NCBI RefSeq assembly: GCF_018336915.1 | Contig: NZ_CP064923.1 | Coordinates: 4,020,001-4,052,000 of the forward strand | DNA from: Acaryochloris marina S15 | Lineage (GTDB): Bacteria; Cyanobacteriota; Cyanobacteriia; Thermosynechococcales; Thermosynechococcaceae | Direction: 5' to 3' | Length of the DNA stretch: 32,000 nt | Shown here: positions 1 through 11,080 of the stretch, piece by piece | How positions within the stretch are numbered: position 1 is the first letter of the stretch | How the letters are laid out: each line of letters opens with the position of its first letter | Made by a program: the position numbers and the translations under genes | Notes under the pieces: model-generated | Databases searched by the model: none | What the model saw: the letters and a program-made list of their open reading frames with translations, nothing else | What the model was told of the DNA's origin: nothing

Positions 1-4
1 ATTT

Positions 5-20
5 CCCCATCGAAATGGGG
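5..20 (-). terminator. Possible hairpin downstream of prfA (CCCCAT-cgaa-ATGGGG); cut by the window edge
   Basis: A 6-bp perfect stem with a 4-nt loop lies 13 nt past the prfA stop on the minus strand. Any U-tract would fall outside the window. Confidence 0.2.
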
Positions 21-32
21 TATCGCGCAGGC

Positions 33-1124
33 TTAAATTGCTGCTGCTAGCTCTGCTAACTGAGCCTGCTGATCTTGAGCGATACAGGTCTCTAAAATCA
101 GCTCAATATCACCCACAAGCACCTTTTCTAGGGCAAAGTTTTGATTGAGACGATGATCCGTAGCGCGATTATCTTTGTAATTATAGGTGCGAATTTTTTC
201 AGATCTGGCCCCCGTGCCCACCTGGGACCGACGCATAGAGGTCACCGAGGCTTGCTGCTCTTGCAGTTCCAGTTCATAGAGCTTAGCTCGCAGAATTTGC
301 ATGGCCCGCTCTTTGTTTTGCAGTTGAGATCGCTCTTCCGTACAGAAGATCCGAATTCCTGTCGGTTTGTGGACCAGATCAACCGCCGTCTCCACCTTAT
401 TCACGTTTTGTCCACCCGCACCACCGGATCGGGCCGTCGACATCTCAATATCTTTCGCGTCGATCTCAATTTCAACGTCATCAACTTCTGGCATGACCGC
501 CACTGTTGCGGTAGAGGTATGCACCCGCCCAGAGGTTTCAGTAGCTGGCACTCGCTGCACCCGATGCACGCCAGCTTCATATTTGAGCTTGCTATAAACG
601 CGATCGCCTTGAATTTCCAGAATCGCTTCCTTGAAGCCCCCCATTTCTCCGCCGGATTCACTCAGCAACTTGACCCGCCACTTTTGAGTTTCCGCATACT
701 TTGAGTAAATACGGAATAAATCCCCAGCCCAAATACTGGCTTCATCGCCGCCAGCACCCGCTCTAATCTCCAACATGATGTTTTTCTCATCATTGGGATC
801 ACGAGGTAGCAGTAGAACCTTGAGGTGATTTTCCAGAGAGTCCAGTTTTTCACTCAGCTCAGCGGCTTCCATCGCCGCCATCTCTTTCAGCTCTGGATCT
901 TCAGCACTGTCCTTTGCCATCTGCTGAGTATCCGTCAATTCCTGCTGAGTGGCCTTCCAGTCCTCAAAGGTATTGACCGTTTCTTCCAAAGACGCTCGGG
1001 CTTTGGCTACTTCCTGAAACTCAGCCGGATTCGTGGCCACCTCCGGGTCACCGAGGCGGCGAGTCAACTCATGGAACGTTTGCTCAACTGATTTCAGCTT
1101 TTCAAGCAGATAGGCTTCGGCCAT
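33..1124 (-). CDS. prfA: Peptide chain release factor 1
   Basis: 363-aa ORF. It has the RF1-type PAT tripeptide ([10 protein letters not shown]) and the GGQ motif ([12 protein letters not shown]). Its position after rpmE is conserved. Confidence 0.95.
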   Translation of the reverse strand: MAEAYLLEKLKSVEQTFHELTRRLGDPEVATNPAEFQEVAKARASLEETVNTFEDWKATQQELTDTQQMAKDSAEDPELKEMAAMEAAELSEKLDSLENHLKVLLLPRDPNDEKNIMLEIRAGAGGDEASIWAGDLFRIYSKYAETQKWRVKLLSESGGEMGGFKEAILEIQGDRVYSKLKYEAGVHRVQRVPATETSGRVHTSTATVAVMPEVDDVEIEIDAKDIEMSTARSGGAGGQNVNKVETAVDLVHKPTGIRIFCTEERSQLQNKERAMQILRAKLYELELQEQQASVTSMRRSQVGTGARSEKIRTYNYKDNRATDHRLNQNFALEKVLVGDIELILETCIAQDQQAQLAELAAAI

Positions 1125-1178
1125 GGATCGGTACTAGGCGAAAGGACAAGAAGAAGGGGAAGCTCAGGTTTAGCTGTC

Positions 1179-1436
1179 CTACTTCTCGTCTTTTTTCTTA
1201 GAGCTGCCTTTACCGCCTGCACCCTGGCTTTCATCCATACCGTACTTGCGCATAAAGCGTTCCACCCGACCTTCGGTGTCAATAATCTTCTGGGTACCCG
1301 TAAAGAAAGGGTGATTCCCAGACCAAACATCAACATGAAGCTCTTCTTGGGTTGACCCCACTGTCATCACGATTTTCCCATCGCAATAGACTTTGGCTTC
1401 GGGGTACCACTTGGGATGAATATCAGGTTTTGCCAT
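1179..1436 (-). CDS. rpmE: 50S ribosomal protein L31
   Basis: 85-aa ORF with an N-terminus (MAKPDIHPKWY...HPFFTG) typical of L31. Confidence 0.92.
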   Translation of the reverse strand: MAKPDIHPKWYPEAKVYCDGKIVMTVGSTQEELHVDVWSGNHPFFTGTQKIIDTEGRVERFMRKYGMDESQGAGGKGSSKKKDEK

Positions 1437-1481
1437 CGGTATATCTCTAATCTAAATGTCTATGTATTGTGATCCAGCCAA

Positions 1482-1895
1482 TTAACGCTTGGAGTATTGA
1501 GGAGCCTTACGAGCCTTGCGTAAGCCATACTTCTTACGTTCTTTCGCTCTTGGATCTCGGGTTAAATAGCCTTCCAGCTTCAAGGGCTTCCGGTTGTCGG
1601 GATCAAGTTCACACAAGGCCCGAGCGACACCCAACTTAATGGCATCGGCTTGTCCCGTCAAACCACCACCATGGGCATTGACCAACACATCGTAATCATT
1701 CTCTAACCCTAGGGATTCTAGAGGTGCTTTCGCACTGGCAATGTAGCTGGGGTTAAATTGCAAGTACAAATCCCCAGGCTTGCCATTAATGGTCATCACG
1801 CCACTGCCAGGAACCAGTCTGACCCGAACAATAGAGGATTTACGACGGCCCGTGCCTCGGTAAGCGACGGCGTTAGATTGATCAGTGGCTTGCAT
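1482..1895 (-). CDS. rpsI: 30S ribosomal protein S9
   Basis: 137-aa ORF ending ...[12 protein letters not shown], the S9 C-terminal signature. Its start overlaps the rplM stop by 1 nt (TAATG), which suggests translational coupling. Confidence 0.95.
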   Translation of the reverse strand: MQATDQSNAVAYRGTGRRKSSIVRVRLVPGSGVMTINGKPGDLYLQFNPSYIASAKAPLESLGLENDYDVLVNAHGGGLTGQADAIKLGVARALCELDPDNRKPLKLEGYLTRDPRAKERKKYGLRKARKAPQYSKR

Positions 1896-2350
1896 TATGA
1901 TTTAGCTCCTGGGATGGTCTGAATAGATAGAATTTCGGGGTTTTGGGCGGCATGGGGATGATCAGGACCCGCATACACTTTGAGGCTTCTGAACAACTGA
2001 CGACCTAATGAATTTTTAGGCAACATTCCTTTGACTGCTTTCTCGATAATGCGCTCGGGAATTCGCTGCTGTAGATGGTCGAAAGTTTCAGTCTTCATGC
2101 CACCGGGTCGGCCAGAATGACGGCGATAGAGCTTCTGTTCACCCTTATTCCCGGTCACGGTCACCTTTTCGGCATTGATCACAATCACAAAGTCGCCGGT
2201 ATTCATAAATGGGGTGTAAGTAGGCTTATTCTTGCCCCGCAAAATCATTGCAATCTGGGTTGCCAGACGCCCTAGCCGCTGATTTTCAGCATCAACGACA
2301 TACCACTTCTTGTCAGCGGTCGATACGGTGGGTAAGTAGGTTTTTTCCAT
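1895..2350 (-). CDS. rplM: 50S ribosomal protein L13
   Basis: 151-aa ORF. The stretch [21 protein letters not shown] is typical of the L13 N-terminus. Confidence 0.95.
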   Translation of the reverse strand: MEKTYLPTVSTADKKWYVVDAENQRLGRLATQIAMILRGKNKPTYTPFMNTGDFVIVINAEKVTVTGNKGEQKLYRRHSGRPGGMKTETFDHLQQRIPERIIEKAVKGMLPKNSLGRQLFRSLKVYAGPDHPHAAQNPEILSIQTIPGAKS

Positions 2351-2382
2351 GAGAGTTATCTATTTCAAAACAGGAAGAGGGT

Positions 2383-3261
2383 TTAGGACGCTGGATTCCA
2401 GCAATATTCAGAGGGCACACTTGACATCATCAAATGCGGAAAGGTATCAAACCAAACGTCAGGAGAAAAGGGAAATTCAGGATATCCCACTCGCAATAGG
2501 CAAAGCCCTTTGGCTGGAGCAGAATATTTCACCTGATCACGCCGCTCAGCTTGCCACAGCTCCGTAAAGCTATCTGGAGAGCGTAACCCCCGTCCCACCT
2601 GAACCAACAAGCCTACAAGCAGACGCATCATTCCATAAAGGAAGCCACTTGCCTGTACTTCAATCTGAACCACAGGGCTGCTGTCTTTAGCTTCGACAGT
2701 TGGCCGCTGTATACAAGTCGCTTCATGCACATCCACCCAGGAATGGGGGCGGCCAGAATTCGTACGATGAAAGGCAGCCAGATGATGATGGCCAACCAGA
2801 GGATCCAGGGCAGCTTGCATCCACTGCACATTTAAGGGCTGGTAATAATAATGCCAGCTATAGGGGCGCAAAAACAGATTTGGGCAAGGATCAGTGTATA
2901 AAGTGTACCGATACCGCCGCCAAGTTGCAGAGAACCGAGCATGCCAATCCGAGGGTACCAAGGCTGATCCCCGAATCACAATATCCTGGGGCAAACGAGA
3001 ATTTAACACACTCGCCCACTTATGGGCCGGAATCGTAGAATCGATATCAAAATGGGCCACTTGAGCCGCAGCATGCACCCCTGAGTCAGTCCTGCCCGCA
3101 CCATATAAGGTGACAGGATACTGAACAATGTCGGCCAGGGTATCTTCGATCTCAGCCTGCACACTCCGATGTTGAGCCTGCCGCTGCCAACCATGAAAAT
3201 GAGTGCCCAGGTACTGAATAACCAGGGCAACTCGTTGGGATGTTGGGGATGGCAATGGCAT
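2383..3261 (-). CDS. truA: tRNA pseudouridine(38-40) synthase TruA
   Basis: 292-aa ORF. It contains YLGTHFHGWQRQ and GAGRTDSGVHA (catalytic Asp motif), and sits in the conserved rplQ-truA-rplM position. Confidence 0.9.
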   Translation of the reverse strand: MPLPSPTSQRVALVIQYLGTHFHGWQRQAQHRSVQAEIEDTLADIVQYPVTLYGAGRTDSGVHAAAQVAHFDIDSTIPAHKWASVLNSRLPQDIVIRGSALVPSDWHARFSATWRRYRYTLYTDPCPNLFLRPYSWHYYYQPLNVQWMQAALDPLVGHHHLAAFHRTNSGRPHSWVDVHEATCIQRPTVEAKDSSPVVQIEVQASGFLYGMMRLLVGLLVQVGRGLRSPDSFTELWQAERRDQVKYSAPAKGLCLLRVGYPEFPFSPDVWFDTFPHLMMSSVPSEYCWNPAS

Positions 3262-3280
3262 AACCGAGGCGGTTTAATCC

Positions 3281-3631
3281 TTAGGTGAGTTCGATAATCG
3301 CCATTTCAGCATTGTCGCCTCGCCGACGGATCGTGCGGATAATCCGAGTGTATCCACCGTTGCGATCGCCATAACGGTCCGGCACCTGGTCAAACAAGGC
3401 ATGAACCAATTGCTTGTCATAGATGTATCCCAAAGCCTGACGACGAGAGGACAATGACCCATCCTTAGCCAAGGTGATCATCTTCTCAACTTGGGACCGC
3501 ACGGCTTTGGCTCGAGCCTTAGTAGTCTTCACTCGACCATGGCGAATAAGCTGAGTAGACAAGGATCTGAGAAGAGCCTTACGTTGATCGGCAGGTTTGC
3601 CTAACATGTGAACTCGACAACGATGACGCAT
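3281..3631 (-). CDS. rplQ: 50S ribosomal protein L17
   Basis: 116-aa ORF with [24 protein letters not shown], the L17 N-terminal signature. Confidence 0.93.
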   Translation of the reverse strand: MRHRCRVHMLGKPADQRKALLRSLSTQLIRHGRVKTTKARAKAVRSQVEKMITLAKDGSLSSRRQALGYIYDKQLVHALFDQVPDRYGDRNGGYTRIIRTIRRRGDNAEMAIIELT

Positions 3632-3642
3632 GGAAATTAACC

Positions 3643-4584
3643 TTAACTTTTCGATTTTTCAGTCGGCATAGTGATACCCAGATGATCTTGGAGAGCTGCG
3701 ATTACTTCATCTGCAGACTTAGCTCCAAAGTTCTTGATTTCTAGGAGATCTTCTTGGGAATACTCCAGAAGATCGGCAACACTATTAATTTGAGCCCGCT
3801 TGAGGCAGTTGTAGGCCCGGACAGAAAGATTTAGACCTTCAATCGGAATTTGATTGGTCTCATCCTCTTCCTCCAGTTCAATATCCTCAACCACATTAAA
3901 GGTGGCATCTTTGAGGGGATTGAACAGATCAACCAAGATAGTAGCTGCCTGACTTAAAGATTCCTGGGGCGTTAGATTGCCATTAGTCCAGATATCCAGA
4001 ATCAGTCGATCCTTTTCTAAGGCTCCACCGACCCGAGCATCTTCTACTTCATAGTTGACCCGACGAACAGGCATGTAAATCGCATCAATCTCGAGAAAGT
4101 CGAGGGCTGCGGCTTCATCTCGGTTCTTACCCACCGCATGGTATCCCTTACCCTGCTCGATTCTAAACTCCATCTCTAAGGTGGCATCCGAAGATAGAGT
4201 GGCTACATACTGAGTTGGATTCACAATCTCAACTTCAGTGGGTAACTCAAAGTCATCGGTCGTTACAGTCGCTGGACCTTGAACAAATAAGCGGCCAATC
4301 TGAGGATCGTTGGTATGGCTCCTAAGGACAACCTGCTTCATGTTTAGCAGAATGTCGAGGACATCCTCACGCACCCCAGGGATGGTTGCAAATTCATGGT
4401 TCACGCCAGCAATACGAACAGCTGTGACCGCAGTTCCTCTCAGATTTGCGAGTAAAACTCGTCTAAGAGCATTTCCAACTGTCGTGCCTTGCCCTCGATC
4501 CAAGGGCTCCAGAATAAACCTGCTATACTGGCTAAAATCCTCTTCAACTGTAGTTTCCAGACATTCAACCTGAAATTGCGCCAC
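3643..4584 (-). CDS. rpoA: DNA-directed RNA polymerase subunit alpha
   Basis: 313-aa ORF with the alpha N-terminal domain ([15 protein letters not shown]) and C-terminal domain ([16 protein letters not shown]). It has a GTG start preceded by AAGGGAGGGA about 7 nt upstream. Confidence 0.95.
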   Translation of the reverse strand: MAQFQVECLETTVEEDFSQYSRFILEPLDRGQGTTVGNALRRVLLANLRGTAVTAVRIAGVNHEFATIPGVREDVLDILLNMKQVVLRSHTNDPQIGRLFVQGPATVTTDDFELPTEVEIVNPTQYVATLSSDATLEMEFRIEQGKGYHAVGKNRDEAAALDFLEIDAIYMPVRRVNYEVEDARVGGALEKDRLILDIWTNGNLTPQESLSQAATILVDLFNPLKDATFNVVEDIELEEEDETNQIPIEGLNLSVRAYNCLKRAQINSVADLLEYSQEDLLEIKNFGAKSADEVIAALQDHLGITMPTEKSKS

Positions 4585-4815
4585 GAAAATCCCTCCCTTG
4601 TTGCTGTGCTCGAAATGTAGGTAGGTTCTCTGAACCTGTGGAGTGAGAAAAAAGTTTTTAAAAGTCAGCTTTAGCTTGAGGTCAGCAAAAGCAAAGTGTT
4701 TAACTTTGTAGATGGATGAGGTATGCCATCAAATTCAAGGAATTTTTATCAGTGTTTGACTCGCTTCGAGGCAGCAGAACACTGCTCTAGCCAGCCAGCC
4801 TGATGAAGCTTCGCC

Positions 4816-5208
4816 CTAGACGCGACGTCGTTTTGGAGGACGACAGCCGTTGTGAGGAATGGGGGTGACATCTCGAATCAAAGTGATTTCAAGCCCCGAA
4901 CCCTGTAAAGCACGAATGGCCGTTTCGCGACCTGCGCCAGGACCGCTGACCATCACTTCAATTTGGCGCATGCCTTGATCCATTGCCCGACGAGCTGCAC
5001 TTTCAGAAGCAGTTTGAGCCGCAAAAGGGGTGCCTTTTTTTGCTCCTTTGAAACCACTTGAACCAGCAGAGGCCCAGGATACGACATCACCACCGGCATC
5101 GCTAATGGTGACAATTGTGTTATTGAATGTGGACTGGATATGAGCAACCCCGTTGGGAACATGCTTTTTTTGCTTCCGTCCACCGGAGCGTTTAGATTGT
5201 GGAGCCAT
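4816..5208 (-). CDS. rpsK: 30S ribosomal protein S11
   Basis: 130-aa ORF containing [18 protein letters not shown]...[14 protein letters not shown]. Confidence 0.95.
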   Translation of the reverse strand: MAPQSKRSGGRKQKKHVPNGVAHIQSTFNNTIVTISDAGGDVVSWASAGSSGFKGAKKGTPFAAQTASESAARRAMDQGMRQIEVMVSGPGAGRETAIRALQGSGLEITLIRDVTPIPHNGCRPPKRRRV

Positions 5209-5267
5209 ACCTAATATTCTTTTGAACCAACTAAATCAGCGATAAAAAACAGAAGAATTTGAGAGGG

Positions 5268-5648
5268 TTATTTCTTGCTGGGAACTTTCTTCTTACCAGC
5301 TACAGTCCGCTTGGCACTCCGCCTTGTTCGACTGTTTGTCCGAGTACGCTGGCCTCGAACCGGTAAGCCAGCTCGATGACGACGCCCTCGATAGGAACCA
5401 ATATCCATGAGTCTCTTGACGTTCATGGACTCCCATCGGCGTAGGTCACCCTCCACCTGATAGCCAGCCACAGCATTACGAAGAGCAGCGACATCTTGAT
5501 CGCCTAATTCTCTAACTCGGGTATCAGGGTTAACGCCCGTTGCTGCCAAGATCTCGTGGGATCTGGTCAAGCCAATTCCATATATATAGGTCAGACCAAT
5601 CTCGATCCGCTTGTCGCGGGGCAGGTCTACTCCGGCAATCCGTGCCAC
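5268..5648 (-). CDS. rpsM: 30S ribosomal protein S13
   Basis: 126-aa ORF starting [26 protein letters not shown]. Confidence 0.95.
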   Translation of the reverse strand: MARIAGVDLPRDKRIEIGLTYIYGIGLTRSHEILAATGVNPDTRVRELGDQDVAALRNAVAGYQVEGDLRRWESMNVKRLMDIGSYRGRRHRAGLPVRGQRTRTNSRTRRSAKRTVAGKKKVPSKK

Positions 5649-5737
5649 TCTTTTCTTACTCCCTAGGCTGTTTAATCAAAAATTTGTGTGGTTGCTAACA
5701 CGATGGGTTTAGAGACCACTCGGTTGATAGCAATTGG

Positions 5738-5851
5738 TTAACCTTGGCGTTGTTTATGCTTGGGGTTAGAACAAATCACCATCACGCGACCACGCCGACG
5801 AATGACTCGGCATTTGTCACACATTCTCCGAACGGATGAACGAACTTTCAT
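5738..5851 (-). CDS. rpmJ: 50S ribosomal protein L36
   Basis: This gene is absent from the supplied ORF track because it is too short. Hand translation of the minus strand gives [37 protein letters not shown] (37 aa), a textbook L36 with its zinc-ribbon Cys/His residues. Confidence 0.9.
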   Translation of the reverse strand: MKVRSSVRRMCDKCRVIRRRGRVMVICSNPKHKQRQG

Positions 5852-6194
5852 ACTAGATTAGACGACTACAAAACTATTACCATATCACTTCTATTGAAGT
5901 CCTACAAGTTTAATTTGGTGAAACTTGAATGAATGGAATTAGAGCTTTGTCAGCATCTCATGTAAAGCCTTTACAGTCATGATTTATAGGCCAATCGACA
6001 TTCTAGAAAAACACAAAAATCATGCGGCCAGGCCCCTTTCTTATTCATCGTCTAGGACAAATATTTAGGGTTTTCCAGGGCAACTCTCCAAAAAATCTGG
6101 CTAAATGGATTTAAAGTGTATATCTAACCCGATATGCCTTGTGTCAGAAAACAGCAGCACAGCGGGGGACAGTAGTTTCTATCTTGACTGGATC

Positions 6195-9100
6195 ATGAAG
6201 AGTGTTTTCCTAGATCGGCTCCATAGTCCCGAACGCCCTGTCATTGTCTTTGATGGTGCCATGGGAACCTCTCTACAGCTGCAAAATCTGACTGCAGAAG
6301 ATTTTGGTGGCCCAGACCTGGAAGGGTGTAATGAATATCTGATCCAGACAAAGCCGGAAGCCGTTGCCACGGTTCATCGCAACTTTCTCAAGGCCGGAGC
6401 AGATGTCGTCGAGACTGATACTTTTGGTGCCACTTCGATTGTCTTAGCCGAGTACGATTTGGCAGACCAGGCCTATAACCTCAATAAAGCGGCGGCAGAA
6501 TTAGCTAAACAGGTGACCGCTGAATTTTCGACCCCTGAAAAACCTCGGTTTGTAGCCGGATCCATGGGGCCGGGGACCAAACTGCCGACGATTGGGGACA
6601 TCGAGTACGACACTTTAAAAGCGACTTATCAAGAACAAGCAGAAGGGTTGTTCGATGGCGGGGTCGATTTATTTTTGATCGAGACCTGCATGGATGTCTT
6701 GCAAATCAAGGCAGCCCTAAATGGGATTGAAGCAGTCTTCGCCAATCGGGGAGAACGACGTCCTCTAATGGTGTCGGTGACGATTGAGCAACCTCAAGGC
6801 ACGATGCTGTCTGGTTCGGATATTGCAGCAGCGCTCACTATTTTAGAGCCCTTCCCCATTGATATTTTTGGCCTCAACTGTGCCACAGGGCCGGACTTGA
6901 TGAAAGAGCATATCAAGCATTTGGCAGAGTATTCCCCGTTCGTAGTGTCATGTATTCCTAATGCAGGTTTGCCAGAAAATATTGACGGTGTAGGGCACTA
7001 TCGCCTGACTCCAATGGAACTACGAATGGCACTGATGCATTTCGTTGAGGATCTAGGTGTACAGGTGATTGGGGGATGTTGTGGTACTCGCCCTGAACAT
7101 ATTCAACAGTTAGTGGAACTCGCCCAAGATCTGCAGCCCAAAGGGAGAGAAATTGGCTCCCGGTTGAGCCTACCGCCTTACGCTCCCTTGCCCCATGTTC
7201 CGGCTGCAGCCTCGATTATGAGCATGCAGCCCTACGATCAGGACAACTCCTTCTTAATTGTGGGGGAACGGCTGAATGCCAGCGGGTCGAAGAAATGTCG
7301 CGAAACCCTGAATGCGGAAAACTGGGATGGGTTGGTATCGTTGGCGCGATCGCAAGTCAAAGAAGGAGCCCACGTCCTCGATGTCAACGTGGACTACGTG
7401 GGTCGCGATGGTGAACGAGATATGCGAGAACTGGCCTCCCGGCTGGTAAATACCGTATCTCTGCCCCTGATGCTGGACTCCACAGAATGGACCAAGATGG
7501 AAGCGGGCCTCAAAGTAGCAGGGGGTAAATGCATCCTCAACTCCACCAACTATGAAGACGGAAAAGAACGCTTCTTTAAAGTCTTGGAGCTAGCTAAAGC
7601 CTATGGGGCGGGCGTGGTAGTGGGCACCATTGACGAAGATGGCATGGCCCGCACCGCTGCGAAGAAGTTTGAAATCGCCAAACGGGCCTATGATGACGCC
7701 ATTGATTATGGTATTCCTGCCTATGAAATCTTTTTTGACCCCTTAGCCTTACCTGCGTCGACCGGGATTGAAGAAGATCGAAATAATGCCAAAGCCACTA
7801 TCGAGGGCATTCAGCAGATTCGAAACGAGCTACCGGGTTGTCACATCATCTTAGGGGTATCGAATGTCTCCTTCGGTTTAAATCCTGCGGCCCGAGTCGC
7901 CCTCAATTCGGTATTCCTAAATGAGGCGATGGCCGTGGGCATGGATGCCGCCATTGTCAGTGCCAGCAAAATTCTGCCTTTGGCCAAAATTGAACCGGAG
8001 CACCAGCAGGTCTGCCGCGATCTGATTTTTGACCGTCGCCAGTTTGATGGAGATGTCTGTTCTTATGACCCGCTCACCAAGCTGACGACCCTGTTTGAAG
8101 GGAAAACTACGAAACGAGATCGCAGTATCGATTCCTCCCTCCCCGTAGAAGAACGCCTCAAAAACCACATTATTGACGGCGAACGGATTGGTCTAGAAGA
8201 ACAGCTAGATATTGCCCTCAAAGATCACGCTCCTTTAGCGATCATCAATACCTTTTTGTTAGATGGCATGAAAGTGGTGGGTGAACTCTTTGGATCGGGA
8301 CAGATGCAGTTGCCCTTCGTGTTGCAGTCCGCCCAAACTATGAAAGCTGCGGTTGCCTATCTGGAGCCGATGATGGACAAGGATGAAGCAGACACCAGCG
8401 GTAAAGGCACTGTTGTGATTGCCACGGTCAAAGGCGATGTCCATGACATTGGTAAAAACCTGGTGGACATTATCCTCTCCAACAACGGCTATCAGGTGAT
8501 CAATCTGGGTATCAAGCAGCCCGTAGATACGATTATTGCTGCCTATCGGGAGCACAACGCCGACTGCATTGCCATGAGCGGGTTGCTGGTAAAATCCACG
8601 GCCTTTATGAAAGATAATCTCGAAACCTTTAACCAAGAAGGGATTGACGTCCCCGTCATTCTGGGCGGCGCTGCCCTCACCCCCAAGTTTGTCAATCAAG
8701 ACTGTCAAAACGCTTATAACGGCAAAGTGGTCTATGGCAAAGATGCCTTTGCAGACTTGCATTTCATGGATAAGCTGATGCCCGCCAAAACTGAAGGGCA
8801 ATGGGATAACCTCAAAGGCTTCTTAAATGAACAAGAAGAGGCCCCTGAAGCAGTTTCTACGAATGGTTCTCAACCTCAAGAAAATGCCGAAAAAATAGCT
8901 GCAGCAACGCCAATTGATACGAAGCGTTCGGAAGCTGTGGATATCGACATCGACCGGCCCACCCCACCCTTCTGGGGCACCACTATTTTGCAGCCCGAAG
9001 ATCTACCTTTTGATGAACTCTTCTGGCATATGGATCTCCAAGCTCTGATTGCCGGACAATGGCAGTTCCGCAAACCCAAGGATCAATCTCGGGAAGAATA

Positions 9101-9791
9101 CGATGCCTTCCTAGACGAGAAGGTCTATCCCATTCTGGACAAGTGGAAACAGCGGATTGTTTCTGAGAAGCTTCTCCATCCCCAGGCGATTTATGGTTAC
9201 TTCCCCTGCCTAGCCGAAGAAAACTCCCTCCACATTTATGATCCAAAAGTAGCGGAGAACCCTGGCGATACCTTGCCTGACCCGGTCACCACTTTTACCT
9301 TTCCTCGTCAGAAGTCTATGCGGCGACTGTGTATTGCCGACTTCTTTTTACCCAAGGAGCAAGGCATCGCCCAAAAACGGTTTGATGTCTTTCCCATGCA
9401 GGCCGTCACAGTTGGGGACATTGCCACGGAGTTTGCCCAAAAGCTGTTTGCCGATGACGAATACACCGAGTATCTCTACTTCCACGGTCTAGCCGTCCAA
9501 ACTGCTGAAGCAGTAGCAGAATGGACCCATGCCCGCATCCGACGAGAGTTGGGATTTGCCGAGGGTGAACCGGACAATATTCGGGATATGCTGGCTCAGC
9601 GCTATCAAGGCTCTCGGTATAGTTTTGGCTACCCGGCGTGCCCTGATATGCAAGACCAATATAAGCAGCTTGATCTATTGCAAACGGATCGGATTAATTT
9701 ACATATGGACGAAAGTGAACAGCTTTATCCTGAACAATCCACCACGGCAATTATGGTTTATCACCCTGTCGCTAAATACTTCAGTGCTTAG
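6195..9791 (+). CDS. metH: Cobalamin-dependent methionine synthase
   Basis: The ORF opens at 6105 (1,228 aa). MetH-like sequence begins at MKSVFLDRL (ATG at 6195), so the 30-aa extension is doubtful. It has a homocysteine-binding N-terminus (VFDGAMGT...GGCCGT), a pterin-binding region, the B12-binding DxHxxG motif (GDVHDIGKN) and a C-terminal reactivation domain ([11 protein letters not shown]). Confidence 0.93.
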   Translation: MKSVFLDRLHSPERPVIVFDGAMGTSLQLQNLTAEDFGGPDLEGCNEYLIQTKPEAVATVHRNFLKAGADVVETDTFGATSIVLAEYDLADQAYNLNKAAAELAKQVTAEFSTPEKPRFVAGSMGPGTKLPTIGDIEYDTLKATYQEQAEGLFDGGVDLFLIETCMDVLQIKAALNGIEAVFANRGERRPLMVSVTIEQPQGTMLSGSDIAAALTILEPFPIDIFGLNCATGPDLMKEHIKHLAEYSPFVVSCIPNAGLPENIDGVGHYRLTPMELRMALMHFVEDLGVQVIGGCCGTRPEHIQQLVELAQDLQPKGREIGSRLSLPPYAPLPHVPAAASIMSMQPYDQDNSFLIVGERLNASGSKKCRETLNAENWDGLVSLARSQVKEGAHVLDVNVDYVGRDGERDMRELASRLVNTVSLPLMLDSTEWTKMEAGLKVAGGKCILNSTNYEDGKERFFKVLELAKAYGAGVVVGTIDEDGMARTAAKKFEIAKRAYDDAIDYGIPAYEIFFDPLALPASTGIEEDRNNAKATIEGIQQIRNELPGCHIILGVSNVSFGLNPAARVALNSVFLNEAMAVGMDAAIVSASKILPLAKIEPEHQQVCRDLIFDRRQFDGDVCSYDPLTKLTTLFEGKTTKRDRSIDSSLPVEERLKNHIIDGERIGLEEQLDIALKDHAPLAIINTFLLDGMKVVGELFGSGQMQLPFVLQSAQTMKAAVAYLEPMMDKDEADTSGKGTVVIATVKGDVHDIGKNLVDIILSNNGYQVINLGIKQPVDTIIAAYREHNADCIAMSGLLVKSTAFMKDNLETFNQEGIDVPVILGGAALTPKFVNQDCQNAYNGKVVYGKDAFADLHFMDKLMPAKTEGQWDNLKGFLNEQEEAPEAVSTNGSQPQENAEKIAAATPIDTKRSEAVDIDIDRPTPPFWGTTILQPEDLPFDELFWHMDLQALIAGQWQFRKPKDQSREEYDAFLDEKVYPILDKWKQRIVSEKLLHPQAIYGYFPCLAEENSLHIYDPKVAENPGDTLPDPVTTFTFPRQKSMRRLCIADFFLPKEQGIAQKRFDVFPMQAVTVGDIATEFAQKLFADDEYTEYLYFHGLAVQTAEAVAEWTHARIRRELGFAEGEPDNIRDMLAQRYQGSRYSFGYPACPDMQDQYKQLDLLQTDRINLHMDESEQLYPEQSTTAIMVYHPVAKYFSA

Positions 9792-9829
9792 ACTCTATAC
9801 CTGAATCAATCTCATCAAGGAACTAAAGC

Positions 9830-10297
9830 TTGATTGAATTAGAAGAACCAGCCTGGTTTTATCATGACTGGATAGAAGGAGACTTGCCCTGGGATCAAGG
9901 TAAACAAATGAGCTTCGATCAATTTCATTCGAAGTACAGTTTGCATGACTCTATCTGGCTTGGACTGTTTTATGAGATTGCATTTAGACAAACTTTATCC
10001 CTAGCCATTCATTGGAACGCTAACTGGCTTCCTGATGAGATTTACCAAAGTTCAAGTACAGTTTGCGATTGGCCCTATTTATTCATTCGCATCGCACAAG
10101 CTCATTCAATCACAACAGATAACTATGGTGATATGACAGATATGCAAAGGTCCATCTTCACATCTGAAAACATCGTGATTTCTGATCAGAATTTGCTAGC
10201 CATTGATGATGTTTATGGTGGGAAGCTCAGTATTACCTATAAAGGACCTGTGACCTTCCTCGCAATCGACCCAGCCAAAAGCGTCGTATCGATTTAG
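9830..10297 (+). CDS. Hypothetical protein (orphan, Trp-rich, acidic)
   Basis: 155-codon ORF with a TTG start; the first internal ATG gives MSFDQFHSKY. It lies in DNA of roughly 38% G+C (hand count of one 60-nt line), where long ORFs are unlikely by chance. I recognise no family motif. Confidence 0.45.
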   Translation: MIELEEPAWFYHDWIEGDLPWDQGKQMSFDQFHSKYSLHDSIWLGLFYEIAFRQTLSLAIHWNANWLPDEIYQSSSTVCDWPYLFIRIAQAHSITTDNYGDMTDMQRSIFTSENIVISDQNLLAIDDVYGGKLSITYKGPVTFLAIDPAKSVVSI

Positions 10298-10304
10298 GTC
10301 GACC

Positions 10305-11021
10305 TCACTTATTTGGCTTATTCAACCAGTCTTTTAGTACCAAGGGTTGATCGGTGATGATATTGTCTACTCCAAGCTCAATCATATGCTGCATATCTGA
10401 GGCCTGATTAACCGTCCATACATGGATGGTCTTGCCTTCCGCATGGACTCGTTCTACCCGGTCTGGTGTGGCTAGAGTGAAGTGAATCGAGTAAAAATCG
10501 ACCTCAAAATCAGGATACTCAGGTCGAGACGGCGGTATTACAGGACCAACGGTCAACTCCGGATCTAGCGTTCGTACCTGCTGCAGAATATCGAAGTCGA
10601 GGGAAGAAACCACACAGTTTTGTTGCCAATTTTTTTTGTGAATCAGCTCAACAACCTGGCTGCCAAGTTTTTGTTCATGGCCATGAATTTTTAGCTCCAG
10701 GTTCAACTTGACTCGGTCCTTAGCCAAATCCATCACCGAGGCTAGGGACGGAATTCGGGTATTTTTGAAATCATCCCCGAACCACTGGCCGACATCTAGG
10801 TTGGTCAGTTCAGCCATGGTTAGGTCCCAGAGGTTGAGATCGCATCCCGCAAGACGCATTAAATGACTGTCATGAAGCACCACCAATTCATGATCTTGGG
10901 TCTCTTGGACATCCAGTTCAATAAAATCAGCCTGGTTTTCAATGGCTAGCTCAAAGGCAGGCATCGTATTCTCTGGGGCTAACTGGGAATATCCTCGGTG
11001 AGCCGTAATAAGAGGAGTCAT
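10305..11021 (-). CDS. Glycerophosphodiester phosphodiesterase (GDPD family)
   Basis: 238-aa ORF with the N-terminal GDPD signature ITAHRGYSQLAPENTMPAFELA...FIELDVQETQDHELVVLHD. Confidence 0.85.
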   Translation of the reverse strand: MTPLITAHRGYSQLAPENTMPAFELAIENQADFIELDVQETQDHELVVLHDSHLMRLAGCDLNLWDLTMAELTNLDVGQWFGDDFKNTRIPSLASVMDLAKDRVKLNLELKIHGHEQKLGSQVVELIHKKNWQQNCVVSSLDFDILQQVRTLDPELTVGPVIPPSRPEYPDFEVDFYSIHFTLATPDRVERVHAEGKTIHVWTVNQASDMQHMIELGVDNIITDQPLVLKDWLNKPNK

Positions 11022-11054
11022 GGGTTCGTCGCGTATGATGTCTGAACCTGAATT

Positions 11055-11073
11055 TACCCCAAAAGAAGGGGTA
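11055..11073 (-). terminator. Weak hairpin between the GGDEF-EAL gene and the GDPD gene
   Basis: TACCCC-aaaagaa-GGGGTA forms a 6-bp stem 8 nt downstream of the stop at 11081 on the minus strand. It is followed by AAUUC only, with no clear U-tract. Confidence 0.25.
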
Positions 11074-11080
11074 CCGCATG

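Noticed and set aside
141-704. 187-aa plus-strand ORF, and several shorter ones, inside the prfA region
   Set aside because: It is fully antisense to a confidently identified RF1 gene. The product is low-complexity with no recognisable motifs, as expected of a shadow ORF in a GC-moderate gene.
5852-6194. Possible cobalamin or SAM riboswitch in front of metH
   Set aside because: I could not find a B12-box-like element (AGYCMGGAGACCKGCC-type) or SAM-I/II core motifs by eye. metH is also not the usual target of B12 repression. An Rfam covariance scan would be the decisive test.
8259-8801. 180-aa minus-strand ORF inside metH
   Set aside because: It is antisense to the B12-binding region of MetH with no independent signals. 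It is a shadow ORF.
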